Source of the DNA: an uncultured Verrucomicrobiae bacterium
Lineage (GTDB): Bacteria > Verrucomicrobiota > Verrucomicrobiia > Chthoniobacterales > JAFAMB01
Reading direction: 5' to 3'
NCBI GenBank assembly: GCA_963837955.1
Contig: CAWIPH010000001.1
Coordinates: 192,001 to 256,000, forward strand
Length of the DNA stretch: 64,000 nucleotides
Within the stretch, counting starts at the first letter, position 1, and the number at the start of each line of letters is the position of its first letter. Under the pieces are notes generated by a model. That model had not been told where the DNA came from and ran no database searches. It saw only the letters and a program-made list of their open reading frames with translations. The position numbers were made by a program, and so were the translations under genes. Positions 9,111 through 19,236 of the stretch are shown piece by piece.

Positions 9111-10912
9111 TGGGTTGAGCCGGCCATGACCGGTAAATCAAAATAAAATTCACTACCGTGTCCGGGAGAGCTCTCCAGGCCAACGCTGCCCCCATGAGCA
9201 CTCACGATTTCGCGCGTGATAGCTAAGCCCAAACCAACGCCGTCGCGGTCGCTTCCTGGCAGACGAAAGAAGCGCTCGAAAATCCGGTCTTGAAATTCTT
9301 TCGGGATACCTGGACCGCTATCAGTAACCGAGAAACGCACTGCTCCATTCCTTTCTTTGGCTGCTACCAGAATGGTGTCCCCAAACTTCGAGTGCTTAGC
9401 CGCATTGGAAATCAGATTCGAGAAAACGTGATGAATCTGGCGCGGATCGACATTAACGTACGGAAGCCCGGGTTCGGCTTTGGCTTTGAGCTTGGAGCCG
9501 TGCGACTCGGCGAACGGCTCGCATCGCTCCACCGCAGCGCTGATTAATGTTTCCGGCAGAACGGTTTCAAATATTTGGCGCGTCTCATTCGATTCTAATC
9601 GGGCGAGGTCTAGCAGGTCGTTAATAATACGCAGCAGTCGCTCAGAATCGTCCCGGGCTGCCAGCAGGATCTCGGTTTGCTTTCGGGTTAGCGATCCGAT
9701 TCGCTCCTCTAATAAGAGGTGCAGACCCATGCGCACGCTCGTCAGAGGTGTCTTCAACTCGTGACTAACCGTAGACACAAGATTGGTTTTGACCTCATCT
9801 AACAGGCGGAAGCGGGTAACATCTTGAAGCACAATGACCGCGCCGAAAATCTTGCCATTCTCGTCTCGCATTCCAACTACCCGAGGTAAGAAGTATTTCT
9901 CTTGATCGTCCACTCGCAGAGCGATCGCTTTGTCGAAGCTGGTTGGCAGGTAATCGGACTCTCCTTTCAAGGCTCGCTCCATCAACGGAATGACCGCATC
10001 GGGCAGTTGTCCTCGCGTTTCCATGCTGCCCAGAAGTTTTATGGCCGCCGGATTGAGGAAATTAATTCTACCGTCCGTGGAGCACGCAAAAAGAGCGTCT
10101 GGAAATGCTGAGAAGGCGGTCTCGGTGAGCTGACGAGCTTGCAAGATCTGATCGGTGGTAACTTGACGGTAGTTACGCAGTTTACCGGCTAACTTATTAA
10201 ACGCCTCAGCTAATTGGCCGAGTTCATCCCGGGAAGTGACCGGGACTAACTGATCCAGTTTGCCATCTCCCAATTCTTTAGCGACAGCGGTTAATCTCTG
10301 GATGGAACGAACGAGTGATCGTTGCAGCCAGAACGCGAAGAAAAGACTAGCCCCAATCCCCACCAGCCCGGCAACAATCATCCATCGTGTCGACTTGTTG
10401 CTCAGAGCACGTGCCTCTTGATTCTCAAAGAGCATGTTTTCCTCGTTGATACGAATCACCTCCTGCGCGGTGTCTTTGATCCGCGTGGCAATTGGTAAAA
10501 GAGCGTCGAAATACACCCGCCGCTTCTGGTCGAGATCGCTTAGATTCCAAAACTTGGAAATCTCCGAGCTGTAGCTGGCAAATAGGGAATGCAAGGAATC
10601 GGCGAGTTCCTGCTCACCGGGAAGCGTGACGTTGTGCTCTTCGATCCGCAGATTCTCAGCGAAAATCGGCTCGTTCTGCCGATACACTTGCCGGCCACGG
10701 GCATCTTCACCTACCAGCGTAAAGAAGGCAGCCGAGTCCATTCGTTCGAGACTCTCCTTCATCTGCTGGCCAGCGACGACGCTCCGATAGTTTTCTTTGA
10801 GTAGAAGATCGATTTTGCCGCCGAGCGACCGGAACAGAATGATGGCGCAAATACCGATCCCAGCCACCAGGACAAGGATCGGTGCAATCCCGAAAAAGAT
10901 TCGCCATTTCAT
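9107..10912 (-). CDS. Membrane sensor histidine kinase (2 TM, helical sensor, HAMP, PAS-like, HisKA, HATPase; KinB-like layout)
   Basis: VSHELKTPL H-box, NLISNA, DSGPGI, GLGL, and HAMP motif RDELGQLAEAFN. Confidence 0.93.
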   Translation of the reverse strand: MKWRIFFGIAPILVLVAGIGICAIILFRSLGGKIDLLLKENYRSVVAGQQMKESLERMDSAAFFTLVGEDARGRQVYRQNEPIFAENLRIEEHNVTLPGEQELADSLHSLFASYSSEISKFWNLSDLDQKRRVYFDALLPIATRIKDTAQEVIRINEENMLFENQEARALSNKSTRWMIVAGLVGIGASLFFAFWLQRSLVRSIQRLTAVAKELGDGKLDQLVPVTSRDELGQLAEAFNKLAGKLRNYRQVTTDQILQARQLTETAFSAFPDALFACSTDGRINFLNPAAIKLLGSMETRGQLPDAVIPLMERALKGESDYLPTSFDKAIALRVDDQEKYFLPRVVGMRDENGKIFGAVIVLQDVTRFRLLDEVKTNLVSTVSHELKTPLTSVRMGLHLLLEERIGSLTRKQTEILLAARDDSERLLRIINDLLDLARLESNETRQIFETVLPETLISAAVERCEPFAESHGSKLKAKAEPGLPYVNVDPRQIHHVFSNLISNAAKHSKFGDTILVAAKERNGAVRFSVTDSGPGIPKEFQDRIFERFFRLPGSDRDGVGLGLAITREIVSAHGGSVGLESSPGHGSEFYFDLPVMAGSTQ

Positions 10913-10951
10913 TGGATTTCAGCCCGCCGATACAAGAGGGAGCGGTATTTA

Positions 10952-10968
10952 AGCGAACGGCGTGCCAA
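10952..10968 (-). promoter_or_regulatory. Sigma54 (-24/-12) promoter upstream of the kinase-regulator-kdp gene run
   Basis: Minus strand TTGGCACGCCGTTCGCT has GG-N10-GC spacing, one mismatch to TGGCACG-N4-TTGCW, and lies 40 nt upstream of the kinase ATG. Confidence 0.75.
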
Positions 10969-11043
10969 CTCCGTCCGTTAAGATACAAGCCGTTTAACTT
11001 CAATCACTTAAGCCTATGCTAATTTTTCCGGTGCAGTGTCGGT

Positions 11044-11058
11044 CTCGCAAAATGCGAG
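11044..11058. promoter_or_regulatory. Candidate enhancer (UAS) palindrome for a sigma54 activator
   Basis: CTCGCA-AAA-TGCGAG, about 80-90 bp upstream of the -24 element. Confidence 0.4.
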
Positions 11059-11117
11059 TACCGCCTGAGCGCGAGGTCGCAGGATACGAGACGAGTCGCT
11101 GTCGCCGAAGCGTATAA

Positions 11118-11230
11118 GGGATGACAGATGACTGATGACATAGATGAGCAGAGCGGCGGCCAAAAGCGCCGATATGTCAATGCCGCGCGCCACTAATATT
11201 TGTCTTTTGTCATCAGTCATTTGTCATCCC
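11118..11230. repeat. Inverted pair of heptamer tandem repeats (GATGACW ... WGTCATY)
   Basis: gatgaca gatgact gatgaca at 11120-11140; tgtcttt tgtcatc agtcatt tgtcatc at 11201-11228. Confidence 0.8.
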
Positions 11231-11254
11231 GTCAGGTTAGGCACATGTTCATCC

Positions 11255-11827
11255 ATGATGTCGCTTACCCCTTCCAACATGGTGGAACTGGGATCCTCCG
11301 CTCCGGATTTTGCGCTTCCGAATCCGCTGACCGGAGAAGCCGTTCGACGGGATGATTTTTCGGGCACAGACGCACTACTCGTCATCTTTATGTGCGCACA
11401 CTGCCCCTACGTCGTTCACGTAAAACCGGAGCTCATTCAATTGGGGAATGATTACCGGTCACGCGGGGTTGCCATCGTCGGGATTAGCGCGAACGATCCC
11501 GCCCAATATCCCGCAGACGCGCCACCAAAGCTCGCCAAATTCAGTCGCGATTTACCGTTTCCGCTTCTATTCGATGAGGCCCAAGAGGTCGCCAGAGCCT
11601 ATGATGCAGCCTGTACTCCGGATTTTTTCCTTTTCGATCAGGAACGCAAATTGGTTTATCGCGGCCAACTTGATGACAGCCGGCCAGGAAACGGAAAAGC
11701 CCTCAGCGGAAAGGACCTCCGGGCTGCTTTGGATGCGGTACTGAGCGGCAAGCCAGTTTCTCCCGACCAAAAGGCTAGCATCGGCTGCAGCATTAAATGG
11801 AAACCCGGCAATAAGCCGAACGGTTAG
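11255..11827 (+). CDS. Thioredoxin-family (AhpC/TSA-like) protein
   Basis: FMCAHCPYV CxxC, AACTPDFFLFD, YRGQLDDSRP, SIGCSIKW. The start at MMSLTPS is more plausible than the longer ORF. Confidence 0.92.
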   Translation: MMSLTPSNMVELGSSAPDFALPNPLTGEAVRRDDFSGTDALLVIFMCAHCPYVVHVKPELIQLGNDYRSRGVAIVGISANDPAQYPADAPPKLAKFSRDLPFPLLFDEAQEVARAYDAACTPDFFLFDQERKLVYRGQLDDSRPGNGKALSGKDLRAALDAVLSGKPVSPDQKASIGCSIKWKPGNKPNG

Positions 11828-12034
11828 TGGGTAGGCAGTTGGCGGTCAGCAGTTATCAATCTGGGCGGCGCGACTATCCTGCTGGATCGAGCGCAGTCGT
11901 TACCTCGATTCCGATTCAAGGCGCTTTTCCTGATGAGCCAGGTCCACTCAGTGATTTGTAACGCGATGCCCTGAAAGCTCGTGACAATCAACGTTCCAAG
12001 ATCCGTTCGCGAAGAAACATCGGCCATGACGCAG

Positions 12035-13354
12035 TCAGAGTTTTTTCTTCCGCCGGTAAAGCGTGGCTGGGTCAATCCCGAGGGTATTGGCAGCTTCTTC
12101 AATAGTTCGCGAATTGGCCAGCACCCTGCGGATGTGCTCATTCTCCAGTTCGGATAACGTGGCAGGTCCGCCGACGCGCGGTTCTTTCGGAGCAATAGCA
12201 AGATCCGAGAGATCCGCTGGTTCGATCCAATCGCCTTCTGCTAGGATGGCCGCACGCTCTATCACGTTGCGCAGTTCCCGTAGGTTACCCGGCCAAAAAT
12301 AATGCTGAAGCGCGGACAACGCCTCTGGCGAGAACTGCAGCGAGCTTCTCCCGGATCGAGCGGCAAAAAAACGGAGTTGCTTGTTGGCGATCCGAGCCAA
12401 GTCAATCAGTCGGTCGCGCAAAGGCGGCAGTGTAATGGTGATCACATTAAGACGGTAGAAAAGGTCTTCGCGAAATTGACCCCGTCCGACCGCTTCGTTC
12501 AGGCTGTGATTCGTAGCGGAGATGACTCGGACATCGGCCTTCCGCGCGCGGGTATCGCCGACTCGTTCGTACTCCCGCTCTTGCAGCAAGCGCAGTAGTT
12601 TAGCTTGCACTTCCGGAGGCAGGTCTCCGATCTCGTCCAAGAACAGTGTTCCGCCTTCAGCCGCAGCTATCTTGCCGATCGCATCGGCATGAGCGCCAGT
12701 GAATGCACCCTTCACATGTCCGAATAATTCGCTTTCCAGCAAGTCGCGAGACAGGCTGGGGCAACTCACCGTGATAAAGGCCGCTCGCGCCCGTGCGCTT
12801 CGTTCATGCATGGCGCGAGCTAACACGCTCTTACCCGTTCCGCTCTCCCCCAAAAGTAAGACAGTCGCTTCGCTGACTGCTGCTTTGCTCGCTACCGCCA
12901 GCGCCTTCTGCATCAAAGGGGCGTCTGACTCCAGATCAAATTCGGCCGATTCAGCCTGCAACCGGCTCTCAAGTTCGACCACCCGGTTTTCCAATTGCCG
13001 GGTTCGAGCGATCCGATTCAGAACTTGCCGCACCTGATCCGGTGTGCACGGTTTCGGCAAAAAATCGTAGGCGCCGCGACGCATTGCCTCGACGGCGGTC
13101 TCGATCGAAGCGTACGCCGTAACCATCACCACCGAAACATTTGGGTCGCGCCGAAGTAGCTCCCCCAGCAAGTCCAAGCCGCTCTCCTGCTGCAACTTCA
13201 GGTCGAGTAAAATCACTTCGAAATCGCTCGCCTCCATCCGTCGCAGAGCTTCCTCGCCGGTCGAAACCGTCGTCACCTCATGATCCATCGACTCCAGGGC
13301 TGTCGCCATGGTTTGGCGGATATTCTTTTCGTCATCTACAACCAGGATTCGCAT
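12035..13354 (-). CDS. Sigma54-dependent response regulator (NtrC family, AlgB-like)
   Basis: REC domain, [33 protein letters not shown] and a Fis-type HTH. Confidence 0.95.
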   Translation of the reverse strand: MRILVVDDEKNIRQTMATALESMDHEVTTVSTGEEALRRMEASDFEVILLDLKLQQESGLDLLGELLRRDPNVSVVMVTAYASIETAVEAMRRGAYDFLPKPCTPDQVRQVLNRIARTRQLENRVVELESRLQAESAEFDLESDAPLMQKALAVASKAAVSEATVLLLGESGTGKSVLARAMHERSARARAAFITVSCPSLSRDLLESELFGHVKGAFTGAHADAIGKIAAAEGGTLFLDEIGDLPPEVQAKLLRLLQEREYERVGDTRARKADVRVISATNHSLNEAVGRGQFREDLFYRLNVITITLPPLRDRLIDLARIANKQLRFFAARSGRSSLQFSPEALSALQHYFWPGNLRELRNVIERAAILAEGDWIEPADLSDLAIAPKEPRVGGPATLSELENEHIRRVLANSRTIEEAANTLGIDPATLYRRKKKL

Positions 13355-13551
13355 AGAAAACCAATCCGCCTCCGGGAAAGTGTTGGACTCGAACCGGATG
13401 ACGAAGACTCACTCAAGGAGAGGCTCCGCTCTTTCCCAAGGGCCGACCAGATTAGCATAACCTCCCCAGGGGAGCGAGTCTCGTCCATTTGGATTGCCAG
13501 GAATGACCAAAACTGGTTCGCTCTCGGTCGGATCCGGTTCTAAGACAACCG

Positions 13552-15057
13552 ATGACTCCTGGTCAACAATCTCCCATTTCGCCCCCGGCCGACTGGATAG
13601 CCCTGACGATCTTCGTCGGTTTGTTTGGGTTCGTCACCATTTTGGGGTTTGTCGCCGCCCGCTGGAAATCCGGTAACCTGAATCGGTTGGAAGAATGGGG
13701 ATTGGGCGGACGCCGGTTCGGCCCATTCATTACCTGGTTCTTGATCGGCGGAGACGCTTACACCGCCTACACCATAATCGCGGTGCCGGCGATCGTTTAC
13801 GCAACTGGAGCTTACGGGTTTTTCGCGTTGCCTTACGCCGTTATCATCTATCCTCTGATTTTTCTGTTGATGCCGCGCTTATGGTCTATCTGTAAGCAGA
13901 ACAATTACATTACTGTGGCGGATCTGGTGGCGGACCGCTACCAGAGCAAATTATTGGCCGGAGTGACCGCGCTTACCGGTATCCTCGCTACGATGCCATA
14001 CATCGCACTGCAGCTGGAGGGAATGCGGGTGGTCGTGGCTGCCCTGGGTTTCACTGAGACCGAAATACCGCTCGCCGTGGCTTTCATCGTGCTCGCGATC
14101 TACACAATTACCAGTGGTCTCCGCGCGCCCGCCGCCATTGCCTTTGTGAAGGATTTGTTGATCTACGTAGTAGTATTCGCGGCTGTCTTTTATCTACCGT
14201 TTAAGCTTGGCGGCTACGGCGCTATTTTTGCCGAGGCGGAACGCACATTCGCGGCGAAAGGAGGAGCGGGCATCCTCTTGCGACCCTCGCAATTCCTACC
14301 ATTTGCGACATTGGCGCTTGGTTCGGCACTGGCATTGATGGTCTACCCGCACACCATTACAGGATTTCTAAGTGCCTCGGGACCGAGCGCAATCCGCAAA
14401 AACGCCATCGCCCTACCAGCTTATAATTTATTGCTCGGACTAGTTGGCTTGCTTGGGATAGTCGCCGTCGCAGCTGGCATCCATACAACGCAGCCAAACG
14501 CTGTCGTACCACTGCTGATTCGCACCTATTTTCCTTCCTGGTTCACGGGACTCAGTTTCGCGGCAATATGGATTGCTGCGCTCGTCCCAGCCGCAATTAT
14601 GTCCATCGGCGCGGCGAACTTGTTTACCCGGAATTTGCTAAAGCCTTTCCTTGCAAAAGACCTCAGCGAACGCGCCGAAACTAACTACGCGAAGCTTGTG
14701 TCCTTTCTGGTGAAGGTCGGAGCTTTGCTCTTCGTTCTCTGTTTACCGACACAGTTCGCCATCGATCTTCAGCTCTTCGGCGGCATCTGGATCTTGCAGA
14801 CCTTTCCCGCCGTCGTTTTCGGCCTATACAAAAATCGCTTTCACGCAGTGGATCTCCTGCTCGGATGGATTGTGGGGATGATCTGCGGGACTTTTTTAGC
14901 GTATTCTTCTGGGTTCAAACCGATCTTTAGCTTTTCCATTGGCGCTCAACCGTTCGCCGTCTACATCGGCTTGATTGCTTTAAGCGCCAACTTAGCCGCC
15001 GGGGCGATCAATCTGTTTTGTCGGCGAGTCGGAAAGAGACTGAACCGGCACGCCTGA
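13552..15057 (+). CDS. Sodium:solute symporter, MctP-like monocarboxylate permease (copy 1)
   Basis: EWGLGGRRFG, WFLIGGD.YTAYT, ATMPYIALQL, AAIMSIGAANLFTRN. Confidence 0.9.
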   Translation: MTPGQQSPISPPADWIALTIFVGLFGFVTILGFVAARWKSGNLNRLEEWGLGGRRFGPFITWFLIGGDAYTAYTIIAVPAIVYATGAYGFFALPYAVIIYPLIFLLMPRLWSICKQNNYITVADLVADRYQSKLLAGVTALTGILATMPYIALQLEGMRVVVAALGFTETEIPLAVAFIVLAIYTITSGLRAPAAIAFVKDLLIYVVVFAAVFYLPFKLGGYGAIFAEAERTFAAKGGAGILLRPSQFLPFATLALGSALALMVYPHTITGFLSASGPSAIRKNAIALPAYNLLLGLVGLLGIVAVAAGIHTTQPNAVVPLLIRTYFPSWFTGLSFAAIWIAALVPAAIMSIGAANLFTRNLLKPFLAKDLSERAETNYAKLVSFLVKVGALLFVLCLPTQFAIDLQLFGGIWILQTFPAVVFGLYKNRFHAVDLLLGWIVGMICGTFLAYSSGFKPIFSFSIGAQPFAVYIGLIALSANLAAGAINLFCRRVGKRLNRHA

Positions 15058-15120
15058 TCCTGCTTGCATTGACATTCGCCATCCCTAAAATTCGAACTGC
15101 TTTCCCCTCATTCTTGTCAA

Positions 15121-15318
15121 ATGAATCCCGATTCGGAGAAGCCTGTTGGGCCGTGGGCCTGGCTCCTGGTTATACCTTTCGTCGCCCTGCTGGTTGTTCC
15201 TCTTTACAATTTTAAAGATCCGGTCATCGGCGGGTTTCCATTCTTCTATTGGTATCAATTCCTGTGGATCCCGATTACCTCGGTGTTGATCTATCTCGTC
15301 TACAGGAGGATGAGATAA
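15121..15318 (+). CDS. DUF3311 small membrane protein
   Basis: YN..DP.IGGFPFFYWYQFLW motif; TAATG overlap with the next symporter. Confidence 0.88.
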   Translation: MNPDSEKPVGPWAWLLVIPFVALLVVPLYNFKDPVIGGFPFFYWYQFLWIPITSVLIYLVYRRMR

Positions 15319-16820
15319 TGGAGCCAACTATCAACTGGGTAGCAGTCAGCATTTTTGTTTTTTTCTTCGCGCTTGTTACCGTTTTAGGATTTCTCGCCGC
15401 GCGCTGGAGAGCCGGTAACCTCAATCTTCTGCACGAATGGGGGTTGGGTGGACGACGGTTTGGCATTCTCATCACCTGGTTTCTCGTGGGCGGTGACTTC
15501 TACACGGCCTACACGATGATTGCGGTTCCAGCACTTGTGTTCGCGGTCGGCGCTTACGGTTTTTTCGCGCTTCCCTACACCATTATCGTTTATCCAATTG
15601 TGTTCGCGATCATGCCGCGGCTCTGGCAGATCTGCCGGCGCCACGAATACATAACAGCGGCGGATTTCGTCCATGGCCGCTACCGTAGTACGGGGCTCGC
15701 TTCGGTCGTGGCTCTGACTGGGTTGCTGGCTACAATGCCATATATCGCTCTTCAGTTGGTGGGCATGCGCGTGGTGATCGAGGCGATGGGCTTCAAGGGA
15801 GAAATCCCGCTGATCGTCGCATTCTTGATTCTAGCGGTATACACCTACTCGAGTGGCCTGCGGGCTCCTGCCATGATCGCCTTCGTGAAGGACATCATGA
15901 TCTATATCGTTGTCTTGGCGGCCGTAATTGTCATCCCAATGCAACTGGGTGGGTATGGCGCAATTTTCGAAGCGGCCGCTCGAAGCTTCGCGGCGAAAGG
16001 CGGGGCGACGGGACTTACATTGCAACCGAATCAGATACTGCCATTTTCGTCGTTAGCTTTCGGTTCAGCCTTAGCTGCGTTTATGTATCCGCACACGCTG
16101 ACTGGCGTGCTCAGCGCAAGCAGCTCCAATAGCATCCGTTGGAACGCAATTCTGCTGCCGGCTTATACGGTTTTGCTCGGCTTAATTGCACTCCTCGGTT
16201 ATATGGCGATCGCTGCCGGGATCCACACAACCAATAACAACTCAGTCGTTCCACTCCTGTTCCTGAAAATGTTTCCGGATTGGTTTGTTGGGTTCAGTTT
16301 TGCTGCGATCGCTATCGGCGCTCTGGTTCCCGCGGCGATTATGTCAATCGGCGCGGCGAACCTATTTACGCGCAACTTTTGGAAAGTATTTGTCAATCGC
16401 AATCTCTCGCCAGCCGGCGAGTCGAAGGTGGCGAAGATATTCTCGCTGATCGTCAAAATCGGCGCGCTACTCTTTGTATTGTGTGTGCCGCTCGAATACG
16501 CAATCGACCTACAACTACTAGGTGGTATCTGGATCCTCCAAACATTTCCTGCGGTCGTGCTCGGCTTATACCGGACTAGGCTGCATCACACACCCCTGCT
16601 GGTCGGTTGGGTCGCCGGGATGTTAGTCGGATCCTGGCTCTTCGTGGCTGCTAGCCTGAAACCGGTCTTCGTATTCCATTTGGGAGCTCAGACCTGGCCA
16701 ATTTACTCCGGATTGATTGCACTTGCTGTCAACCTTTTGATCAGTTTCGGTGGCTCCTTGTTCTTAACGAGCAGAGCGCATGAGGCCACCGACCATGCGA
16801 CGGTGCATCAAATGACGTAA
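15318..16820 (+). CDS. Sodium:solute symporter, MctP-like monocarboxylate permease (copy 2)
   Basis: Same motifs as copy 1; ATG at 15318 overlaps the DUF3311 stop. Confidence 0.92.
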   Translation: MEPTINWVAVSIFVFFFALVTVLGFLAARWRAGNLNLLHEWGLGGRRFGILITWFLVGGDFYTAYTMIAVPALVFAVGAYGFFALPYTIIVYPIVFAIMPRLWQICRRHEYITAADFVHGRYRSTGLASVVALTGLLATMPYIALQLVGMRVVIEAMGFKGEIPLIVAFLILAVYTYSSGLRAPAMIAFVKDIMIYIVVLAAVIVIPMQLGGYGAIFEAAARSFAAKGGATGLTLQPNQILPFSSLAFGSALAAFMYPHTLTGVLSASSSNSIRWNAILLPAYTVLLGLIALLGYMAIAAGIHTTNNNSVVPLLFLKMFPDWFVGFSFAAIAIGALVPAAIMSIGAANLFTRNFWKVFVNRNLSPAGESKVAKIFSLIVKIGALLFVLCVPLEYAIDLQLLGGIWILQTFPAVVLGLYRTRLHHTPLLVGWVAGMLVGSWLFVAASLKPVFVFHLGAQTWPIYSGLIALAVNLLISFGGSLFLTSRAHEATDHATVHQMT

Positions 16821-16965
16821 ATTGAATGTGCCAGTCCGCGTTGTCGAAGCCAAAAAAACCTCCTGGCCGACCTTTTGTGGTTCGGGAGTTCCTTCGGGAT
16901 CGAGCCCAAGCCTGCCGGGAACTCCTTGGACTAAAAAACCAGTGACAATACGACTGGGCATATGC

Positions 16966-16998
16966 TTGACACGTTAGTTTGATGACTGTTAAGTCATC
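16966..16998 (+). promoter_or_regulatory. Putative sigma70 promoter with an overlapping palindrome, upstream of the sugar ABC operon
   Basis: TTGACA at 16966; weak -10 region covered by GATGACT-GTTA-AGTCATC (16981-16998). Confidence 0.4.
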
Positions 16999-17027
16999 TA
17001 GCACCCCCCCACCGTTCAAACCCCCAA

Positions 17028-18323
17028 ATGAACTATTCACATCCCTCCCACAGGCGTATTCTGCCTAAATATCTTCTGGCAGCTGCTGCTGCATTTTTGT
17101 TGCCCGCCATGCTGCAGGCTGCTGGTGTTACCGTCCGTATTCTCGGCGACTCCGATGTCGGGGCAGGCGGAAAGTGGATGCGAGGTGTGGCCCAAGAGTG
17201 GGCCCAAAAGACCGGAAACACACTCGAATACATTAATCGGCCGAAAGACGCCTCCGCCACCTTGCAACAGTGTCAGCAGTACTGGGCTGCCCATAGCGCG
17301 GACGTCGATGTCTACATGATTGACGTCATCTGGCCGGGAATCGCGGCCCCGCACGCCGTCGATCTGAAAAAATATTATAAGGACGACGAGATTAAACAGT
17401 TCTTTCCGCGAATAATCGAAAATAACATTGTCGGCGGAAAGCTAATTTCGATCCCTTTCTTTACGGATGCCGGACTCCTCTACTATCGAACGGACTTGTT
17501 GAAGAAGTATGGTTATAGCGAGCCGCCTAAGACCTGGGAAGAACTCGCCGAAATGGCTAAGAAGATTCAGGATGGCGAAAGGAAAGAGGGCAAAGCCGAC
17601 TTCCAAGGATTCGTCTTCGAAGGCACGGCCAGTGAAAGCATTACTTGTAACGCGGTCGAATGGATTTACAGCTTTGGCGGCGGCTCCGTGATCGAACCCG
17701 ACAAAAAAATCACGATCAACAATCCGAACGCGATCAAGGCGCTAGACACCGCAAAAAGCTGGGTTGGATCAATTTCTCCCCGGGGGGTCACCACCTATCA
17801 AGAAGATGACGCACGGAACGTCTGGCAGCAAGGCAACGCAGCCTTTATGCGCAACTGGCCGTATGCGTACGGTCTCGGCAACGCTCCGGACAGCGTCATT
17901 GCGGGCAAGTTTGATATCGTGGTTCTTCCGAAGGGTGGACCGAGCGGCAAGAATGCTGCCTGTTTGGGAGGATGGAACCTTATGGTGTGCGCTTACTCCA
18001 AAAATCCAGACGTAGCTGCGGATTTGGTTAAATACCTTAGCTCGACGGAGATCCAGAAGAGACACGCAACTGAGATCAATCTGCTGCCAACCCGCCCGGA
18101 ACTGTATAAAGACCAAGAGGTACTGGCTAAGAATCCGGCTTTTGCGAGGATTCTGGATGTGCTGAATAATGCGGTCGCTCGACCATCTACCGTCACGGGA
18201 TCTGATTACGGCCAGATCTCAGCCGCGCTATACCAAAACGCCAACAAAGTGCTGAACGGGGAGGAAACCGGCCAGCAAGCTGTCTCTGCAATTGAGCGAG
18301 TCGCTAAAGGAGTGATGCAATAA
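17028..18323 (+). CDS. Sugar ABC transporter substrate-binding protein (trehalose/maltose-like)
   Basis: DV...DVIWPG, PFFTDAGLLYYRTDLL, FMRNWPYA, LGGW motifs; N-terminal signal peptide. Confidence 0.9.
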   Translation: MNYSHPSHRRILPKYLLAAAAAFLLPAMLQAAGVTVRILGDSDVGAGGKWMRGVAQEWAQKTGNTLEYINRPKDASATLQQCQQYWAAHSADVDVYMIDVIWPGIAAPHAVDLKKYYKDDEIKQFFPRIIENNIVGGKLISIPFFTDAGLLYYRTDLLKKYGYSEPPKTWEELAEMAKKIQDGERKEGKADFQGFVFEGTASESITCNAVEWIYSFGGGSVIEPDKKITINNPNAIKALDTAKSWVGSISPRGVTTYQEDDARNVWQQGNAAFMRNWPYAYGLGNAPDSVIAGKFDIVVLPKGGPSGKNAACLGGWNLMVCAYSKNPDVAADLVKYLSSTEIQKRHATEINLLPTRPELYKDQEVLAKNPAFARILDVLNNAVARPSTVTGSDYGQISAALYQNANKVLNGEETGQQAVSAIERVAKGVMQ

Positions 18324-18348
18324 GCCAAACTTTTCCTGGACTGCAGAA

Positions 18349-19236
18349 ATGGCCAAGGAAATCGACCTCTACGCGCGGCAGAAACGCTTAGCGTGGTTCT
18401 TAATTACCCCTGCCGTTCTCGTCGTCCTTTTAATTGTCGCTTATCCGCTCATCCAAGTCTTCTATACTTCATTCTTACGGGCGAAGCTTGACGGATCGAT
18501 TCCGCCAAGCTTTGTCGGGTTGGGAAATTACATAAAGGTTTTCAACGACCCGGATTGGTGGAGCGCCGTTTGGGTTACTCTCGTTTTCACCTTTTTTTCT
18601 ATCGTCATCGAGACGGTGCTGGGATTGGGTATCGCGCTGGTAGCGAATTCCAAATTTCGCGGACGGACATTCCTGCGAGTCGCTGTTCTGGTTCCCTGGG
18701 CGATTCCGACGGTCGTCTCCTCACAAATTTGGAGATGGATGTTTAATGATATTTCGGGAGTCGTGAACGTTTTAGGTGTCAACCTGCACCTGCTATCAGA
18801 GAAGGTTGCCTGGCTGGCTACCCCAGCTACAGCGCTTCCAATCATTATCGCCGTGGACGTGTGGAAAACGACGCCATTTATGTCGCTGCTCCTCCTGGCC
18901 GGGCTGCAGCTAATCCCAAAAGATCTTTACGAAGCCGCCTCGATCGACGGAGCAAGCCCTTTGCGAAAATTTTGGTCGGTCACGTTTCCCCTGGTGTTAC
19001 CGACACTGTTAGTCGCGCTCATTTTTCGCACCCTCGACGCGTTACGCGTATTCGACATCTTTTACGTGATGGTCCAAGGCCAACAGGGCTTGCAAACGAT
19101 GGCCGTTTACAACCAGCTGCAGCTGACCCTTTTTAACAACGCGGGACTCGGGTCGGCAACCTCTGTCATCATTCTTTTGATCATCATGACTTTCGTCGTG
19201 ATGTACACACGTCTTAGCAAGACAAGCTTCGAATGA
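18349..19236 (+). CDS. Carbohydrate ABC transporter permease
   Basis: EAASIDGA (EAA loop), PWAIPTVVS, DVWKTTPF. Confidence 0.93.
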   Translation: MAKEIDLYARQKRLAWFLITPAVLVVLLIVAYPLIQVFYTSFLRAKLDGSIPPSFVGLGNYIKVFNDPDWWSAVWVTLVFTFFSIVIETVLGLGIALVANSKFRGRTFLRVAVLVPWAIPTVVSSQIWRWMFNDISGVVNVLGVNLHLLSEKVAWLATPATALPIIIAVDVWKTTPFMSLLLLAGLQLIPKDLYEAASIDGASPLRKFWSVTFPLVLPTLLVALIFRTLDALRVFDIFYVMVQGQQGLQTMAVYNQLQLTLFNNAGLGSATSVIILLIIMTFVVMYTRLSKTSFE

